Source of the DNA: a virus
Taxonomy: Duplodnaviria; Caudoviricetes
Reading direction: 5' to 3' (one strand)
Virus record (IMG/VR): IMGVR_UViG_3300026187_001862
Location: 62,257-126,256 of that record
Length of the DNA: 64,000 nucleotides
The translations under genes were made by a program, and so were the position numbers. This document shows positions 1 through 9,856 of the stretch, piece by piece. How positions within the stretch are numbered: the first letter of the stretch is position 1; every line of letters starts with the position of its first letter. A model generated the notes under the pieces. That model ran no database searches. It was not told the DNA's origin and worked only from the letters and a program-made list of their open reading frames with translations.

Positions 1-279
1 TATAATACTAGTTTTTTTGTATTTTACTTTGCAATCATAATCTAATAGACGTTTTCCGCCCATCGGATCTGGCATTTTATCTTCTGGCCACATAAATGAA
101 CAAGTGACCCAATGTCTATCAATCTTAGGTCCTTCTGCCAATTCACCTTCTGGCCAATTAGCGTATACATATAAATCTAAATGATCTAACACTCTTTCAA
201 AGTCTTTAAGAACGTTAAACGCTGTATTAGAATCATATATAGATTCGATATTTTTAATTATGTCTAGTGAGTCGTACAT
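1..279 (-). CDS. hypothetical phage protein, 3'-truncated by window edge
   Basis: Manual translation MYDSLDIIKNIESIYDSNTAFNVLKDFERVLD...MPDPMGGKRLLDYDCKV is open to position 1; GATAAATA late-type motif upstream (305-312). Confidence 0.75.
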   Translation of the reverse strand, partial: MYDSLDIIKNIESIYDSNTAFNVLKDFERVLDHLDLYVYANWPEGELAEGPKIDRHWVTCSFMWPEDKMPDPMGGKRLLDYDCKVKYKKTSII

Positions 280-376
280 TGGTTAACCTATTGTCTATTA
301 GTATTATTTATCTGAAAGGGATACTTATATTTTTTTAAAAGAAAGATAAAGTATGTGTTTTTAAAGTGTGTAGTCG

Positions 377-384
377 TATAAATA
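377..384 (+). promoter_or_regulatory. T4-type late promoter TATAAATA upstream of phoH
   Basis: Exact TATAAATA, then a GTAGGG...CCCTAC hairpin and an AGGAGG RBS. Confidence 0.6.
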
Positions 385-453
385 CTTTTGTAGGGCAACT
401 GAGTTCTACGGAACACAAACTACCCTACTCCACATCCAAAAGGAGGATCTTTA

Positions 454-1173
454 ATGGGTGCAAAGAAAAAAGCACAATCACGTGCAAGTCAAAACTATTC
501 AAACGTAGTAAATTTTAATAATCATCAAAAAAAACAATCAGTTACAATACTTCCTAGAAATAAATCACAAGAATCATATGTGGTTAAACTGTTAGACGAT
601 TCTAAAGACATAGTATTTGGAATTGGTCCTGCAGGCACAGGCAAAACATTACTTGCAGTTCAGGTCGCAGTTAAATTGTTTAAGGAAGGTAAAGTTGACA
701 AGATTATTGTAACTAGACCAGCTGTGTCAGTTGACGAAGATCTTGGGTTTTTACCAGGAACGCTAGAACAAAAAATGGCTCCATGGACAAGACCGATATT
801 TGATGTGCTGCGTGAATATTTTGACGCAAGACAAATTGAAGGTATGATAGAAGAAGGTATAATTGAAATCGCTCCATTAGCTTATATGCGTGGACGTACC
901 TTTAAAAATGCATTTATTTTAGCTGATGAAATGCAAAATGCTACGCAAAATCAAATGAAAATGCTACTAACACGTTTAGGTGAAGGTAGTCAGATGTGTG
1001 TAACAGGAGATTTAGCTCAAGCAGATAGGTTAAAAGATAACGGACTTATCGATTTCACTAATCGTTTAACAAACTCAGACTCATCGTACATTGACATAGT
1101 CAACTTTGGCCAAGGAGATATAGAAAGACATCAAGCCGTAAAAGAAGTTCTTAAAGTTTATGGTGATGAATAA
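454..1173 (+). CDS. phoH: PhoH-like ATPase
   Basis: GPAGTGKT Walker A, LGFLPG, YMRGRTF, DEMQN, GDLAQ motifs. Confidence 0.95.
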   Translation: MGAKKKAQSRASQNYSNVVNFNNHQKKQSVTILPRNKSQESYVVKLLDDSKDIVFGIGPAGTGKTLLAVQVAVKLFKEGKVDKIIVTRPAVSVDEDLGFLPGTLEQKMAPWTRPIFDVLREYFDARQIEGMIEEGIIEIAPLAYMRGRTFKNAFILADEMQNATQNQMKMLLTRLGEGSQMCVTGDLAQADRLKDNGLIDFTNRLTNSDSSYIDIVNFGQGDIERHQAVKEVLKVYGDE

Positions 1174-1588
1174 CAACACCTGACTTTTTAAGAAAATCTA
1201 TGCCCTGTGTACTACGATATTCATTTTTGTAGTACACAGTGGCTATTCCGCTTTGATAGATTAGTTTAGCACAATCTATGCAAGGTGCGTGTGTAATAAA
1301 AATAGTTGCCCCTTCACCACTTTCAGAAGATCGGGCAAGTTTAGCAATCGTATTTGATTCTGCATGAAGCACTTCCTTTTTACTTTTAGTAATGGTGTTC
1401 CCCCATTCATCCTCACCATCCCATTCTTCACAGCAATTATCCCATCCACTAGGCATACCATTGTAGCCAATACTGATAATGCGATCATCCTTTACAACAA
1501 TCGCACCTACTTGTAAACGCTTTGCTGAACTTAGTTGTGCAAAACGTTCAGCAACGTCCATATATGCATTTATAAACTTACTTTTCAT
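1151..1588 (-). CDS. dCMP deaminase
   Basis: GYNG, HAESN, PCIDC zinc-deaminase motifs. Confidence 0.92.
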   Translation of the reverse strand: MKSKFINAYMDVAERFAQLSSAKRLQVGAIVVKDDRIISIGYNGMPSGWDNCCEEWDGEDEWGNTITKSKKEVLHAESNTIAKLARSSESGEGATIFITHAPCIDCAKLIYQSGIATVYYKNEYRSTQGIDFLKKSGVVIHHHKL

Positions 1589-2330
1589 TTAACTTAAATT
1601 CCTTTATCAAAAGCAACAAATACTCTGCCCATAAAACATGACCTTCTTCGGTTGGATGTTTAGTGAACTTTTTATAATTATAAGGACTGTTGTCTAACCA
1701 ATCCCAAGTTTTTTGTGCAAGGTCTATTTTTTCAGAAAACCAAGATTTAAAACTAGCATCATTTTTATAACGAGAAAGCATAGGTTCAAAAACACAGCCA
1801 CTAATAGGACCATACGTTATAGGCCATTCAACTTTACATTTTTGTGATATTATTTCACACCAAATTTTACGAGTAAAAAATTTATTATTATGTAAAGTTG
1901 TTTCTGGATAAAAATTTGTAAAATTTCTACTAACAATAAGTTGAACATTATTTGGAAGTAATTTTGATAAAAAATCTATACGATCAACTGTGCTTTGTTC
2001 AATCATTTTAAACTTATTATCAATGTCGTTTGTTAGAATTTGATATCTGTGCCACTCTCTGCCTGTTTCAGTTAATCCAAGAATAATAATAATTTTATTA
2101 TATTTTTTTGCATCAATATTTTTTAATTCTTGACTCAATCGATCTAGCATATCGAAATTACTACAACCACATACACTATTATTAATAAGACTAAAATCTA
2201 GTTTTTTTGCTAGTATAGATGCATAGGTGTCTTGAATTCGATTTTTTAAACTATCTCCCCATGACCAGCTGTCACCTAAGACTAATAAGAGATTGTTAGG
2301 ATCATAATTAAGTGTATAACGATCTTCCAT
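1578..2330 (-). CDS. SGNH/GDSL hydrolase-like protein
   Basis: GDSWSWG block I and C-terminal HPTEEGH; very AT-rich. Confidence 0.65.
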   Translation of the reverse strand: MEDRYTLNYDPNNLLLVLGDSWSWGDSLKNRIQDTYASILAKKLDFSLINNSVCGCSNFDMLDRLSQELKNIDAKKYNKIIIILGLTETGREWHRYQILTNDIDNKFKMIEQSTVDRIDFLSKLLPNNVQLIVSRNFTNFYPETTLHNNKFFTRKIWCEIISQKCKVEWPITYGPISGCVFEPMLSRYKNDASFKSWFSEKIDLAQKTWDWLDNSPYNYKKFTKHPTEEGHVLWAEYLLLLIKEFKLNEK

Positions 2331-2587
2331 TACTGTTTATTCTTTGGTTGTATTCCGTAATAGCGTTGCATCTTTAGTGCTTTCATTTTTACTTGGTATT
2401 CTTTTAGTGCTTTACCTTTTAACGGTTTTTGCCTTGTTTGGTTGAGCTTACCAGCTTCTTCTAATTTGTTATTGTGTTCTTGTTGTAATAAAGTTTTTTG
2501 ATACTCGTCTAATTTTTTATTTCCTTTACGACCTTTCCCTTTAAAAAACTTTTGTTTTCCTGAATAAGGATCAGTAATTCTCCCCAT
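2330..2587 (-). CDS. basic hypothetical protein
   Basis: ORF abutting its neighbours. Confidence 0.6.
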   Translation of the reverse strand: MGRITDPYSGKQKFFKGKGRKGNKKLDEYQKTLLQQEHNNKLEEAGKLNQTRQKPLKGKALKEYQVKMKALKMQRYYGIQPKNKQ

Positions 2588-2813
2588 TTTTTCCTTTCTT
2601 TAACAAATATAGAAGATACTCGTGTTGAGTATATATTAAGTTCCAGCTACGTCCTTTAATTGGAGGACGTCCCATATCGTCATATGTAATTTCAAGCAGC
2701 ACATATTTTTTAAACCATATTAGCTTTTTACTAAAACTGCTGCGTACAGGCCACCACGCAAACTTTTCATGTGCAGTTTCTACTTGATCAAAGTATGCAC
2801 TTATATGTTTCAT
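2571..2813 (-). CDS. hypothetical protein
   Basis: ATGA overlap with the upstream gene; FAWWPV motif. Confidence 0.65.
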   Translation of the reverse strand: MKHISAYFDQVETAHEKFAWWPVRSSFSKKLIWFKKYVLLEITYDDMGRPPIKGRSWNLIYTQHEYLLYLLKKGKNGENY

Positions 2814-3028
2814 CTAATGCCTAGTACTGCTAATATAATAGGCAAACCAAAAAGTAAGAATGCTGCAAGATAAAAATTATACTTGAGACGCTGTACCTCT
2901 CTTTCAAGTTTCAAAATTTTAAATGCTGCACCTTCTACATAACGTTCCCAATCATCCATTTGCATTGTTTTACGAGCAACTTCTTTTGCTTCTTTTTGTA
3001 GTTCATAATCTTCGTCATTATTAAACAT
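2810..3028 (-). CDS. hypothetical membrane protein
   Basis: Likely start MFNNDE just after the thyA stop; C-terminal hydrophobic helix. Confidence 0.6.
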   Translation of the reverse strand: MFNNDEDYELQKEAKEVARKTMQMDDWERYVEGAAFKILKLEREVQRLKYNFYLAAFLLFGLPIILAVLGIR

Positions 3029-3029
3029 A

Positions 3030-3896
3030 TTATACCGCCATCGGTGCTTTGATACTATCCATAGGATCATATCTAATTAATTCATAATCAGTAGGTTTTG
3101 TGTTTACTAATTCTTCTAAATTAGCAAACTGGGGCATTAATAATTCTGGTAATTCTCTAGGTTGTCTAGTAATTTGCTCTTTAACTTGTTCCATATGATT
3201 TTGATAAATATGACAATCACCACCTGTCCATACGAAATCACCAACCTTAAGATTTAATAGTTGTGCAAACATGTGAGTAAGTAGACTGTAACTAGCAATA
3301 TTAAAAGGAACACCTAAAAACATATCTGCACTACGTTGATACAATTGACAACTTAGTTCTCCGTCTTGTATATGAAATTGGAATAATGTATGACAAGGCG
3401 GTAAAGCCATTACATTTACACGATCTGCATTCCAAGCACTTACAATATGTCTACGACTTTCTGGGTTGTAATACATATTTTCTAGTACTTCTGCAATCTG
3501 ATCAACAAAACCAAGTTGTGCATCCCACTTGCGCCATTGATGACCATATACAGGACCTAGGTCTTTAGTAGTATCGTCGTTAATGTATCCTAAATCTTTA
3601 CCTTGTGCATCTGCGTTAGCAGTCCAAATAGTAGTTTTACCTACAAGTTCTTCTCTAGGCTTACCATAATGTATTTCTGCTAGTCTGCGTTCATCACTAG
3701 ATCCTTCTAGCATCCAAAGTAGTTCACTTACTACACTACGCCAAGCAAGTTTTTTAGTTGTAACAGCAGGAAATCCTTTGCGCAAATCAAAACGCATTTG
3801 ATAGCCAAAAACACCACGTGTTCCTACACCTGTTCTATCATTACGATCCTTGCCGTTTTCTAATATGTGTTCTAATGCGTCAAGATATTGTTTCAT
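3030..3896 (-). CDS. thyA: thymidylate synthase
   Basis: DRTGVGT, LGPVYG, MALPPCH, YQRSAD, GVPFN motifs. Confidence 0.97.
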   Translation of the reverse strand: MKQYLDALEHILENGKDRNDRTGVGTRGVFGYQMRFDLRKGFPAVTTKKLAWRSVVSELLWMLEGSSDERRLAEIHYGKPREELVGKTTIWTANADAQGKDLGYINDDTTKDLGPVYGHQWRKWDAQLGFVDQIAEVLENMYYNPESRRHIVSAWNADRVNVMALPPCHTLFQFHIQDGELSCQLYQRSADMFLGVPFNIASYSLLTHMFAQLLNLKVGDFVWTGGDCHIYQNHMEQVKEQITRQPRELPELLMPQFANLEELVNTKPTDYELIRYDPMDSIKAPMAV

Positions 3897-4381
3897 TTAC
3901 GTTTTTTCCAAATTTGAAATGTTACTTCTGGGTGTTTTTCTTCCCAGTCTAGTTCAAACAATGTAGCAATTTTTCCTAAAGGTAAGAAAGTATCACAATC
4001 GTATTCACCTGGAATACGGCTTAGATAAAATTCATCAATAATGCCTAGTGTTTGTTCGATAATGTTCGGGCCACCAATAATCCAAGTAATTAAACCTGGA
4101 TTGTTATCTGCGTATAATCCTATTTGATGTTTAAGATCACCGTTAATATAATCATGGGCGCCTGTATATTCATTGGAACGAGTAGTTACAAGTACATTTT
4201 GTCTATTTGGTAAGGGACGAGGCATATGGGGATCGTCCCAAGTAGTAGACCCCATTACAACAATATGTCCTGCTGTATTTTCCTTAAACCATTTTAAGTC
4301 TGTTGAATTGTTAGGCCACGGTAGTGTACCATCTTTGCTTACGCCGCCTGTGTCATCACAAGCTAAGATTGCTCTAATCAA
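3893..4381 (-). CDS. folA: dihydrofolate reductase
   Basis: LPW..DLKWFK, VVMGSTTW, PLPNR, IIGG; coupled to thyA. Confidence 0.93.
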   Translation of the reverse strand: MIRAILACDDTGGVSKDGTLPWPNNSTDLKWFKENTAGHIVVMGSTTWDDPHMPRPLPNRQNVLVTTRSNEYTGAHDYINGDLKHQIGLYADNNPGLITWIIGGPNIIEQTLGIIDEFYLSRIPGEYDCDTFLPLGKIATLFELDWEEKHPEVTFQIWKKRK

Positions 4382-4729
4382 TTATAAGTCTCCTTCTCCG
4401 GGTTCCGGTGACAACATTTCTAGTTTTCCTTCTACATCTTCCCAATCAACTGCATCTGGTAGTGAACCTTTTGATTCTGTAATTACAGGCCAAATGTCTG
4501 AATATTTTTCATTTATTTCGATCCATTTTATTCGCTCAGGTTCTTCTAACTCGTGGTCAGCTACAATTGCATCAATCGGACATTCTGGAACACATACTCC
4601 GCAATCTATGCATTCGTTTGGATTAATTACTAAAAAATTTTCACCTTCGTAAAAACAGTCTACAGGACAGACTTCAACACAGTCTGTATGTTTACATTTT
4701 ATACAATTTTCTGTTACTAGATATGTCAC
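4382..4729 (-). CDS. fdxA: 7Fe ferredoxin (FdxA type)
   Basis: [18 protein letters not shown] and [12 protein letters not shown]. Confidence 0.93.
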   Translation of the reverse strand: MTYLVTENCIKCKHTDCVEVCPVDCFYEGENFLVINPNECIDCGVCVPECPIDAIVADHELEEPERIKWIEINEKYSDIWPVITESKGSLPDAVDWEDVEGKLEMLSPEPGEGDL

Positions 4730-5643
4730 TATAACCTCGCTAATCTAATAAGCGTTGCCGCTAAGTTAATCTCAGGGTCAACCACTAGTGTGTGATCAAC
4801 CATCCCTTGTTTGATTGTTAGTACTGCTTGGTCTTGTTTTTCTTCTTCACCAAACAGTGTAATGTTGTCGTACAACCAACGATACACTTCTTCCATTTCT
4901 TCTGGACGAATAGCACCACATAGTAGCTTACGTGCTTCTTGAATTTTGCCTGCTTTAAACAACTCAACCATATCAAGTTTCCAGTCGCTTTCGCCTGTGT
5001 CACCTTCATTGGGTTTGTTCAACACACCGTCAACTGAATTCATTTGTACAGTGTTGATACACTTACGCAAGTCTGGATATGTTGCTTTTACGTATGTATC
5101 AAGCGTATCCAAATCAGGAGTAACACCTTCGCTGATAAGAATTTCAGCAACTCTAGCCGTGAATTCAGTTTGGTCAATCTTAGCAATGTGGAAACCTTGA
5201 CACCTACTGTGCAAAGCGGGTATAACACGATTTGGATAGTTACAAGTAAGAATGAAACGAGCAGTAGTATGATACTCCTCCATAACCCCACGGAGAGCTG
5301 CTTGAGCGTTTGGTGATAAGTAATCTGCTTCATCTAGTAATACAACCTTAAAGTCCCCAAATGGGATCATTTGTACAAAGTTTACAATTTTATCACGCAC
5401 ATCATCTACTGAGTTTGTCCGCGATGCATTAATCTCTAGAATGTCTAGATCATTTACTTCAAGCTCGTTAAATAATAACTTAGCAAGAGTAGTTTTACCA
5501 ATCCCAGCATTGCCACTAAAAAGCAAGTGCGGAATAGTTTTATCTTTGATCCATGTTTTGACTTGATTTTTTTGTGCTTCATCTCTAAATACATATCCAT
5601 CTACTGTTTTAGGACGATACTTTTCTACCCATAATTCTTTCAT
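4729..5643 (-). CDS. clamp loader subunit (RFC/gp44-like AAA+)
   Basis: [22 protein letters not shown] motifs. Confidence 0.93.
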   Translation of the reverse strand: MKELWVEKYRPKTVDGYVFRDEAQKNQVKTWIKDKTIPHLLFSGNAGIGKTTLAKLLFNELEVNDLDILEINASRTNSVDDVRDKIVNFVQMIPFGDFKVVLLDEADYLSPNAQAALRGVMEEYHTTARFILTCNYPNRVIPALHSRCQGFHIAKIDQTEFTARVAEILISEGVTPDLDTLDTYVKATYPDLRKCINTVQMNSVDGVLNKPNEGDTGESDWKLDMVELFKAGKIQEARKLLCGAIRPEEMEEVYRWLYDNITLFGEEEKQDQAVLTIKQGMVDHTLVVDPEINLAATLIRLARL

Positions 5644-6521
5644 TTGCTTTCCTCAAAACTATTTACAGTGTTCAAAAATCCTTGTAGTCCAAAAAGGTTT
5701 TTTTGTTGTGCTTCTTGTAAGCTCATTCCTCTACCTAGCAGGTAAGAAGACATAGGACTTTCTAATCCCTTACGAGCATTTTTCCATAGTTGAATTTTTA
5801 TAGTTTTAATTTCATCCCAACTTACATCTTTGTTTTTAATTCGCATTATAGTATTAACTTCTTCTTTATCAATGATATGATCATTAAACAATATGTGTTT
5901 AATAAGAATCATATCTGTTAGCAACCAAACAACATAATTTATATCATAGCCTACCTTACTGTCAACAGTTGGATAGTAATCATTATACATACTCCAATTA
6001 TTTTTCTTGTCGACATGTTCTTGGCTACTACCTTCAAATTTTTGACTCCAATTGCATTCTACACTAGGAATACAATTCCAAAAATTTTCATAAGACAACC
6101 GTGCCTGCTGCCAAAAGTTTAATCCATTGCCAGGAACACAAATAAAATCATAATACTTAGAAAATAATTCTTGATTTGTGATACTAATTTTGTCAAACTT
6201 AATTGCTGCTAGATGTTTAATAGCATGTGAAAATTCATTTTGTTTTAAATACTTAGGACGAAGTAGCATTGCAGCATAATTAGCAAGTATTGCTGATGCT
6301 TGCTCTTGCATTAATCCTTTATCATAAGTTATTGATAATACTTCGTCATTATTAGGAAAAGCGAAGAAAGGATTAATCTGTACTTTGTGTGAATAAAAAA
6401 GTATACTGTCTCGATCACTATTTTCTTTGTTTGTTTCAGTTAAGTAACTACCTACAACTGCTTCAAAGACAGGATTGTTATGTTCTAGTTGAACATTAAA
6501 TTGGTGATCAAGTTTTTGCAT
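5640..6521 (-). CDS. putative Pol-beta-superfamily nucleotidyltransferase
   Basis: VVGSYL...NSDRD resembles the GS...DxD motif. Confidence 0.45.
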   Translation of the reverse strand: MQKLDHQFNVQLEHNNPVFEAVVGSYLTETNKENSDRDSILFYSHKVQINPFFAFPNNDEVLSITYDKGLMQEQASAILANYAAMLLRPKYLKQNEFSHAIKHLAAIKFDKISITNQELFSKYYDFICVPGNGLNFWQQARLSYENFWNCIPSVECNWSQKFEGSSQEHVDKKNNWSMYNDYYPTVDSKVGYDINYVVWLLTDMILIKHILFNDHIIDKEEVNTIMRIKNKDVSWDEIKTIKIQLWKNARKGLESPMSSYLLGRGMSLQEAQQKNLFGLQGFLNTVNSFEESK

Positions 6522-7045
6522 TAAGATAACCCTAATTCTTTATAGGCCATTTGCACACCTTTTGCTTGGAAGTATGCATCAGCTAATGCGTTGTGTAAAT
6601 CTTTTTGTATACCTTTTCTAGGGTCACTTTTGCACATGCTAAAAAGTGTGCGGCTATCTCGTACTTGCCAAAAGTTCCAAGGAATATTTTTCTTGTTTTG
6701 TCTAAGCATGTCTTCAAGAATAGTAATATCAAATCCATAACCGTGACCCCAAAGTACATCAACACCATTTATCCATTTAGGCAATGTATATAAAAAGTCT
6801 ATTACGGGTGTTCTGTCGTCTTCTCCAAATGCTTCTTCTTGCGCTTTTGGATCTTGGTTACTCCACCAAGCAAGTGTGTCTTCGCTAACATCTCTATCTT
6901 GACTGTCAAATTCTAATTTAAAATAAAACTCACTATGAGGTTCAGAGTTGTCGTAAGGATTAAATTTTACACCACCTACTGTTAAAACGCTTGCTTTAGG
7001 TGTAGTATGCAGCGTTTCTAAATCGATCATTCCGTGAGTAGCCAT
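6521..7045 (-). CDS. DEDDh 3'-5' exonuclease
   Basis: MIDLET, FDITIL, RDSRT, HNALADA motifs. Confidence 0.88.
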   Translation of the reverse strand: MATHGMIDLETLHTTPKASVLTVGGVKFNPYDNSEPHSEFYFKLEFDSQDRDVSEDTLAWWSNQDPKAQEEAFGEDDRTPVIDFLYTLPKWINGVDVLWGHGYGFDITILEDMLRQNKKNIPWNFWQVRDSRTLFSMCKSDPRKGIQKDLHNALADAYFQAKGVQMAYKELGLS

Positions 7046-7047
7046 AG

Positions 7048-7209
7048 TTAGCCCTTCCTATTTTCTTGTCCAATGCCTGAGATGATAAGGAATACATAAA
7101 GAATAGGCCATGCCCATCCTGTTAAGAATCCTGTGATATGTAGTGCCATTAATGCAATGCCTGTAAGTCCTGTTGTACCTACGCCTGCTGTTTGTGGTGT
7201 AATTTTCAT
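7048..7209 (-). CDS. small membrane protein (53 aa, not in ORF track)
   Basis: MKITPQTAGVGTTGLTGIALMALHITGFLTGWAWPILYVFLIISGIGQENRKG; AAGGAG RBS. Confidence 0.75.
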   Translation of the reverse strand: MKITPQTAGVGTTGLTGIALMALHITGFLTGWAWPILYVFLIISGIGQENRKG

Positions 7210-7213
7210 GAAA

Positions 7214-7261
7214 ACTCCTTAGCTTTATACATATTATAACGTATAAATGCTAAGGAGTCAA
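7214..7261 (-). promoter_or_regulatory. sigma70-type promoter whose spacer pairs with the downstream RBS
   Basis: TTGACT-17-TATAAT; arms 7241-7258 and 7214-7230 are complementary and include AAGGAG. Confidence 0.75.
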
Positions 7262-7268
7262 GTAGTTT

Positions 7269-7619
7269 TTATATAAATTTATCTAACTTAGGGGGTTGCC
7301 AGCCTTCTGGCTTTAGAACTTTGCCATCTTCACGTTTGCGTACCTTGCCTGTGTCTGGATCGATCTTTGCAAAGTTTGTGTCCATTACTTCTTTCCATGC
7401 ACCTTCCCCGTCCCAACCTGCGGCACGAATAGCACCCATGGTAACAACAAGAATATCTACTAGTGCGTCTAACTGTTCTACTTTGTCGTTATCTAGGATA
7501 GCTTCTTCTAGTTCATCTGTTTCTTCACGGATCAAATCAAGATACATTTTATAGTTTGCTTCTGATGGCTCTTGATCACACGCTGTTTGAAACGTGTCAA
7601 TATCTTTAAATGGATTCAT
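7269..7619 (-). CDS. MazG-like NTP pyrophosphohydrolase
   Basis: EETDEL, DALVDILVV, NFAK, DGKVLKP motifs. Confidence 0.88.
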   Translation of the reverse strand: MNPFKDIDTFQTACDQEPSEANYKMYLDLIREETDELEEAILDNDKVEQLDALVDILVVTMGAIRAAGWDGEGAWKEVMDTNFAKIDPDTGKVRKREDGKVLKPEGWQPPKLDKFI

Positions 7620-8023
7620 TACTGACTCACAAAAGCTGAAGGATCTATAGTTGCATGTTCACCGTCACTATATTCTGCGCCAATTTGAACACTTTCGGGT
7701 TTTTCATCCGAGTATGCTAAAATACTTTCAGTTTCTACCATACGTATTTCTATTTCACCTTCTTCTGTTTCTAATTTAATACTACGTGTCCAGCGACCGT
7801 GTTCTATAAGAATCCATTCTCCAACTTCATAAGGATCTCTATTTCTAGGTCCTTTAGAATATATTTTTGCCCAACGTGGATAAATTCCTCTAGTTTTACC
7901 GTCATCGTTGCCTAAAATTATTCCACCCTTAGTAGTTTGCTCACCAAAATACATATCAGTTACTAAAACTCTATCACCAATTGCTTTTGGAGTTCCTTTA
8001 ATACTATTAATGTTTTGAGACAT
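7619..8023 (-). CDS. GroES-like co-chaperonin
   Basis: AIGDRVLV, TKGGIIL mobile-loop motif. Confidence 0.85.
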   Translation of the reverse strand: MSQNINSIKGTPKAIGDRVLVTDMYFGEQTTKGGIILGNDDGKTRGIYPRWAKIYSKGPRNRDPYEVGEWILIEHGRWTRSIKLETEEGEIEIRMVETESILAYSDEKPESVQIGAEYSDGEHATIDPSAFVSQ

Positions 8024-8430
8024 TATTCACCTTTTCTTACAAAATTTCCGTCTGCGTCTTCTATCCATTCATCTTGTGCTTCAGCTTCATCGAACATTTC
8101 TTGTTCTTCAGTAGTTAACTCAACTTTTGGTTCTACTTTTTTTGTAGTTTTTTTAGCTGGTTTCTCTTCAACTACTGATTCTTGAACTTCTTCTGTTGGC
8201 GTAGGTGCTGGCTTGCCACTAGATTGTTTTACTGATCCAACCTGATCGTAATATTCTTTAATTAGATCTTCACGCTTTTTTACAATTTGTCCGCCTGGTC
8301 CCAAACGATCACCTCGGGCGTTTACTTTTGCATTACCAACAGCCGGAGTTAGTTCATTCTTTTTCATTAATAGATCCATGTCAACGGCTTTACCTCGCAT
8401 GCTTCTATATGTTTTTCTACCTTTGGCCAT
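8023..8430 (-). CDS. hypothetical protein
   Basis: VGNAKVNARGDRLGPGG motif; RBS and CGATAAATA (8458-8466) upstream. Confidence 0.75.
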   Translation of the reverse strand: MAKGRKTYRSMRGKAVDMDLLMKKNELTPAVGNAKVNARGDRLGPGGQIVKKREDLIKEYYDQVGSVKQSSGKPAPTPTEEVQESVVEEKPAKKTTKKVEPKVELTTEEQEMFDEAEAQDEWIEDADGNFVRKGE

Positions 8431-8460
8431 TTTGCCTTCTCCTATTATATACGTATATAT

Positions 8461-8982
8461 TTATCGTAAAAACTCTCGCCAATCCAGGTCAAACTGGATT
8501 GAATTTATTTTATGTACACCTATTATGTATAATACATAACTTGCTACACTTGATCCTCTGCCTACACCCCATACAATGTCATTCTCACGCATAAAGTCTA
8601 CAAGATATACCATATAGCGTAATAAGTCTAATAAACCTTTTTCTTCATACGCAATAAATTCTTCATCAATTCTATCAACTTCTTTGTGTGTTTGACATCT
8701 TTGTTCTACCCATGAATATATGTCCATGTTCTTATATTCTTCAGGCATAAACCATTCACCTTGACATACACCGTCAAAAGTCTTTTGATCTACATCTAGT
8801 GGAATATATTTCTGCAATGGACCCATACCTTGTTCTTCCATTGCACTATTGAATTTTTCTATTTCATCAGTAGGTTCACACAAAACCACATGAATTTTAT
8901 CTGTTTGGCCAGAATAAATCATATCGATAAGATCACGATTAGAGAATCTTGGTATACCTAGTTCGTCAGTTTTCATAAGCAT
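8461..8982 (-). CDS. DNA polymerase III alpha (DnaE)-like fragment
   Basis: GVGRGSSVASYVLYIIGV...DLDWREFL matches the DnaE GRGS...FERFL region; only 173 aa. Confidence 0.85.
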   Translation of the reverse strand: MLMKTDELGIPRFSNRDLIDMIYSGQTDKIHVVLCEPTDEIEKFNSAMEEQGMGPLQKYIPLDVDQKTFDGVCQGEWFMPEEYKNMDIYSWVEQRCQTHKEVDRIDEEFIAYEEKGLLDLLRYMVYLVDFMRENDIVWGVGRGSSVASYVLYIIGVHKINSIQFDLDWREFLR

Positions 8983-8991
8983 ATATGTATT

Positions 8992-9228
8992 TTACGATAC
9001 ATTTATAAGATTGTCAAGATCAGAATTGCCTTGATTTTGTTCTTGCTGTAATTTTTTTTGTTCTTGTCGTTTTTCTTCTAAAGCAATTTTATATGTGTCA
9101 AGAGCAAGAATAATTTGATGTCTAGTCTGTTCGTTAGAAGTAATATGATAAACTCTGTTAAGTTTAAAGATTTTTTCTTCCAACTCAGACTCGGATAATT
9201 GGTTAGCATCGTTAATCAACGGGTGCAT
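8992..9228 (-). CDS. hypothetical protein
   Basis: Coupled ORF, coiled-coil-like. Confidence 0.7.
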   Translation of the reverse strand: MHPLINDANQLSESELEEKIFKLNRVYHITSNEQTRHQIILALDTYKIALEEKRQEQKKLQQEQNQGNSDLDNLINVS

Positions 9229-9809
9229 TAAGGTTCAAACCTTCCTAAGTATTCTCCAAACACATAAGAATTGCCGCCATCATACGACCAAAAGTCTACG
9301 ATTATTGGATTAGTTGGACTGTCTACTAAAAAGTTTGCTGGCCAATTTGGAGATTTATAAATTGTTGCTCCGCCTAGGGCTGAAAAATTTACAGTTACAG
9401 GCTCACCTTCTGTACCAAAAAACTGTAATCTAAATTTGGCTACCCTGTCACCATCTGCTGGGAAATTTGATAATGTTAAACTTATAGTTGTTCCGGCTGC
9501 TTCTTCAGCAAATCTAATACTTTGATACATTCCGTTAGTAAAACTAATTTCTTGTTCTGATGAAACATTACCGACAGAGGAAAAGGATTCGGTGCTTGCA
9601 TTAAGTGTGCCATTTGTAAGAAGTGTACCGTTAAAGTTATTCTCGGCATTTAGTTTTGCAGTGCTATCTTCTAGTGTAGTAATTTCTGTAGCGGCAGTTG
9701 TTAATCCATCTTTAATGATTTGGAAATTATCACGAAACCCTTGAGTATCGTTATCTACCCCGGCTACCGGATATGCTGCGTCAATTGTTGTTGCTACTAT
9801 ATTGCTCAT
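9228..9809 (-). CDS. virion structural protein
   Basis: YPVAGVDNDTQGFRDNF N-terminal motif; CGATAAATA upstream (9828-9836). Confidence 0.65.
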   Translation of the reverse strand: MSNIVATTIDAAYPVAGVDNDTQGFRDNFQIIKDGLTTAATEITTLEDSTAKLNAENNFNGTLLTNGTLNASTESFSSVGNVSSEQEISFTNGMYQSIRFAEEAAGTTISLTLSNFPADGDRVAKFRLQFFGTEGEPVTVNFSALGGATIYKSPNWPANFLVDSPTNPIIVDFWSYDGGNSYVFGEYLGRFEP

Positions 9810-9856
9810 GATGTTTCCTCTTTGTATTATTTATCGTATAGTGCTTCTATTATAAT

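Noticed and set aside
1151-1173. Convergent overlap of phoH and dCMP deaminase
   Set aside because: Short 3' overlaps are common in compact phage genomes.
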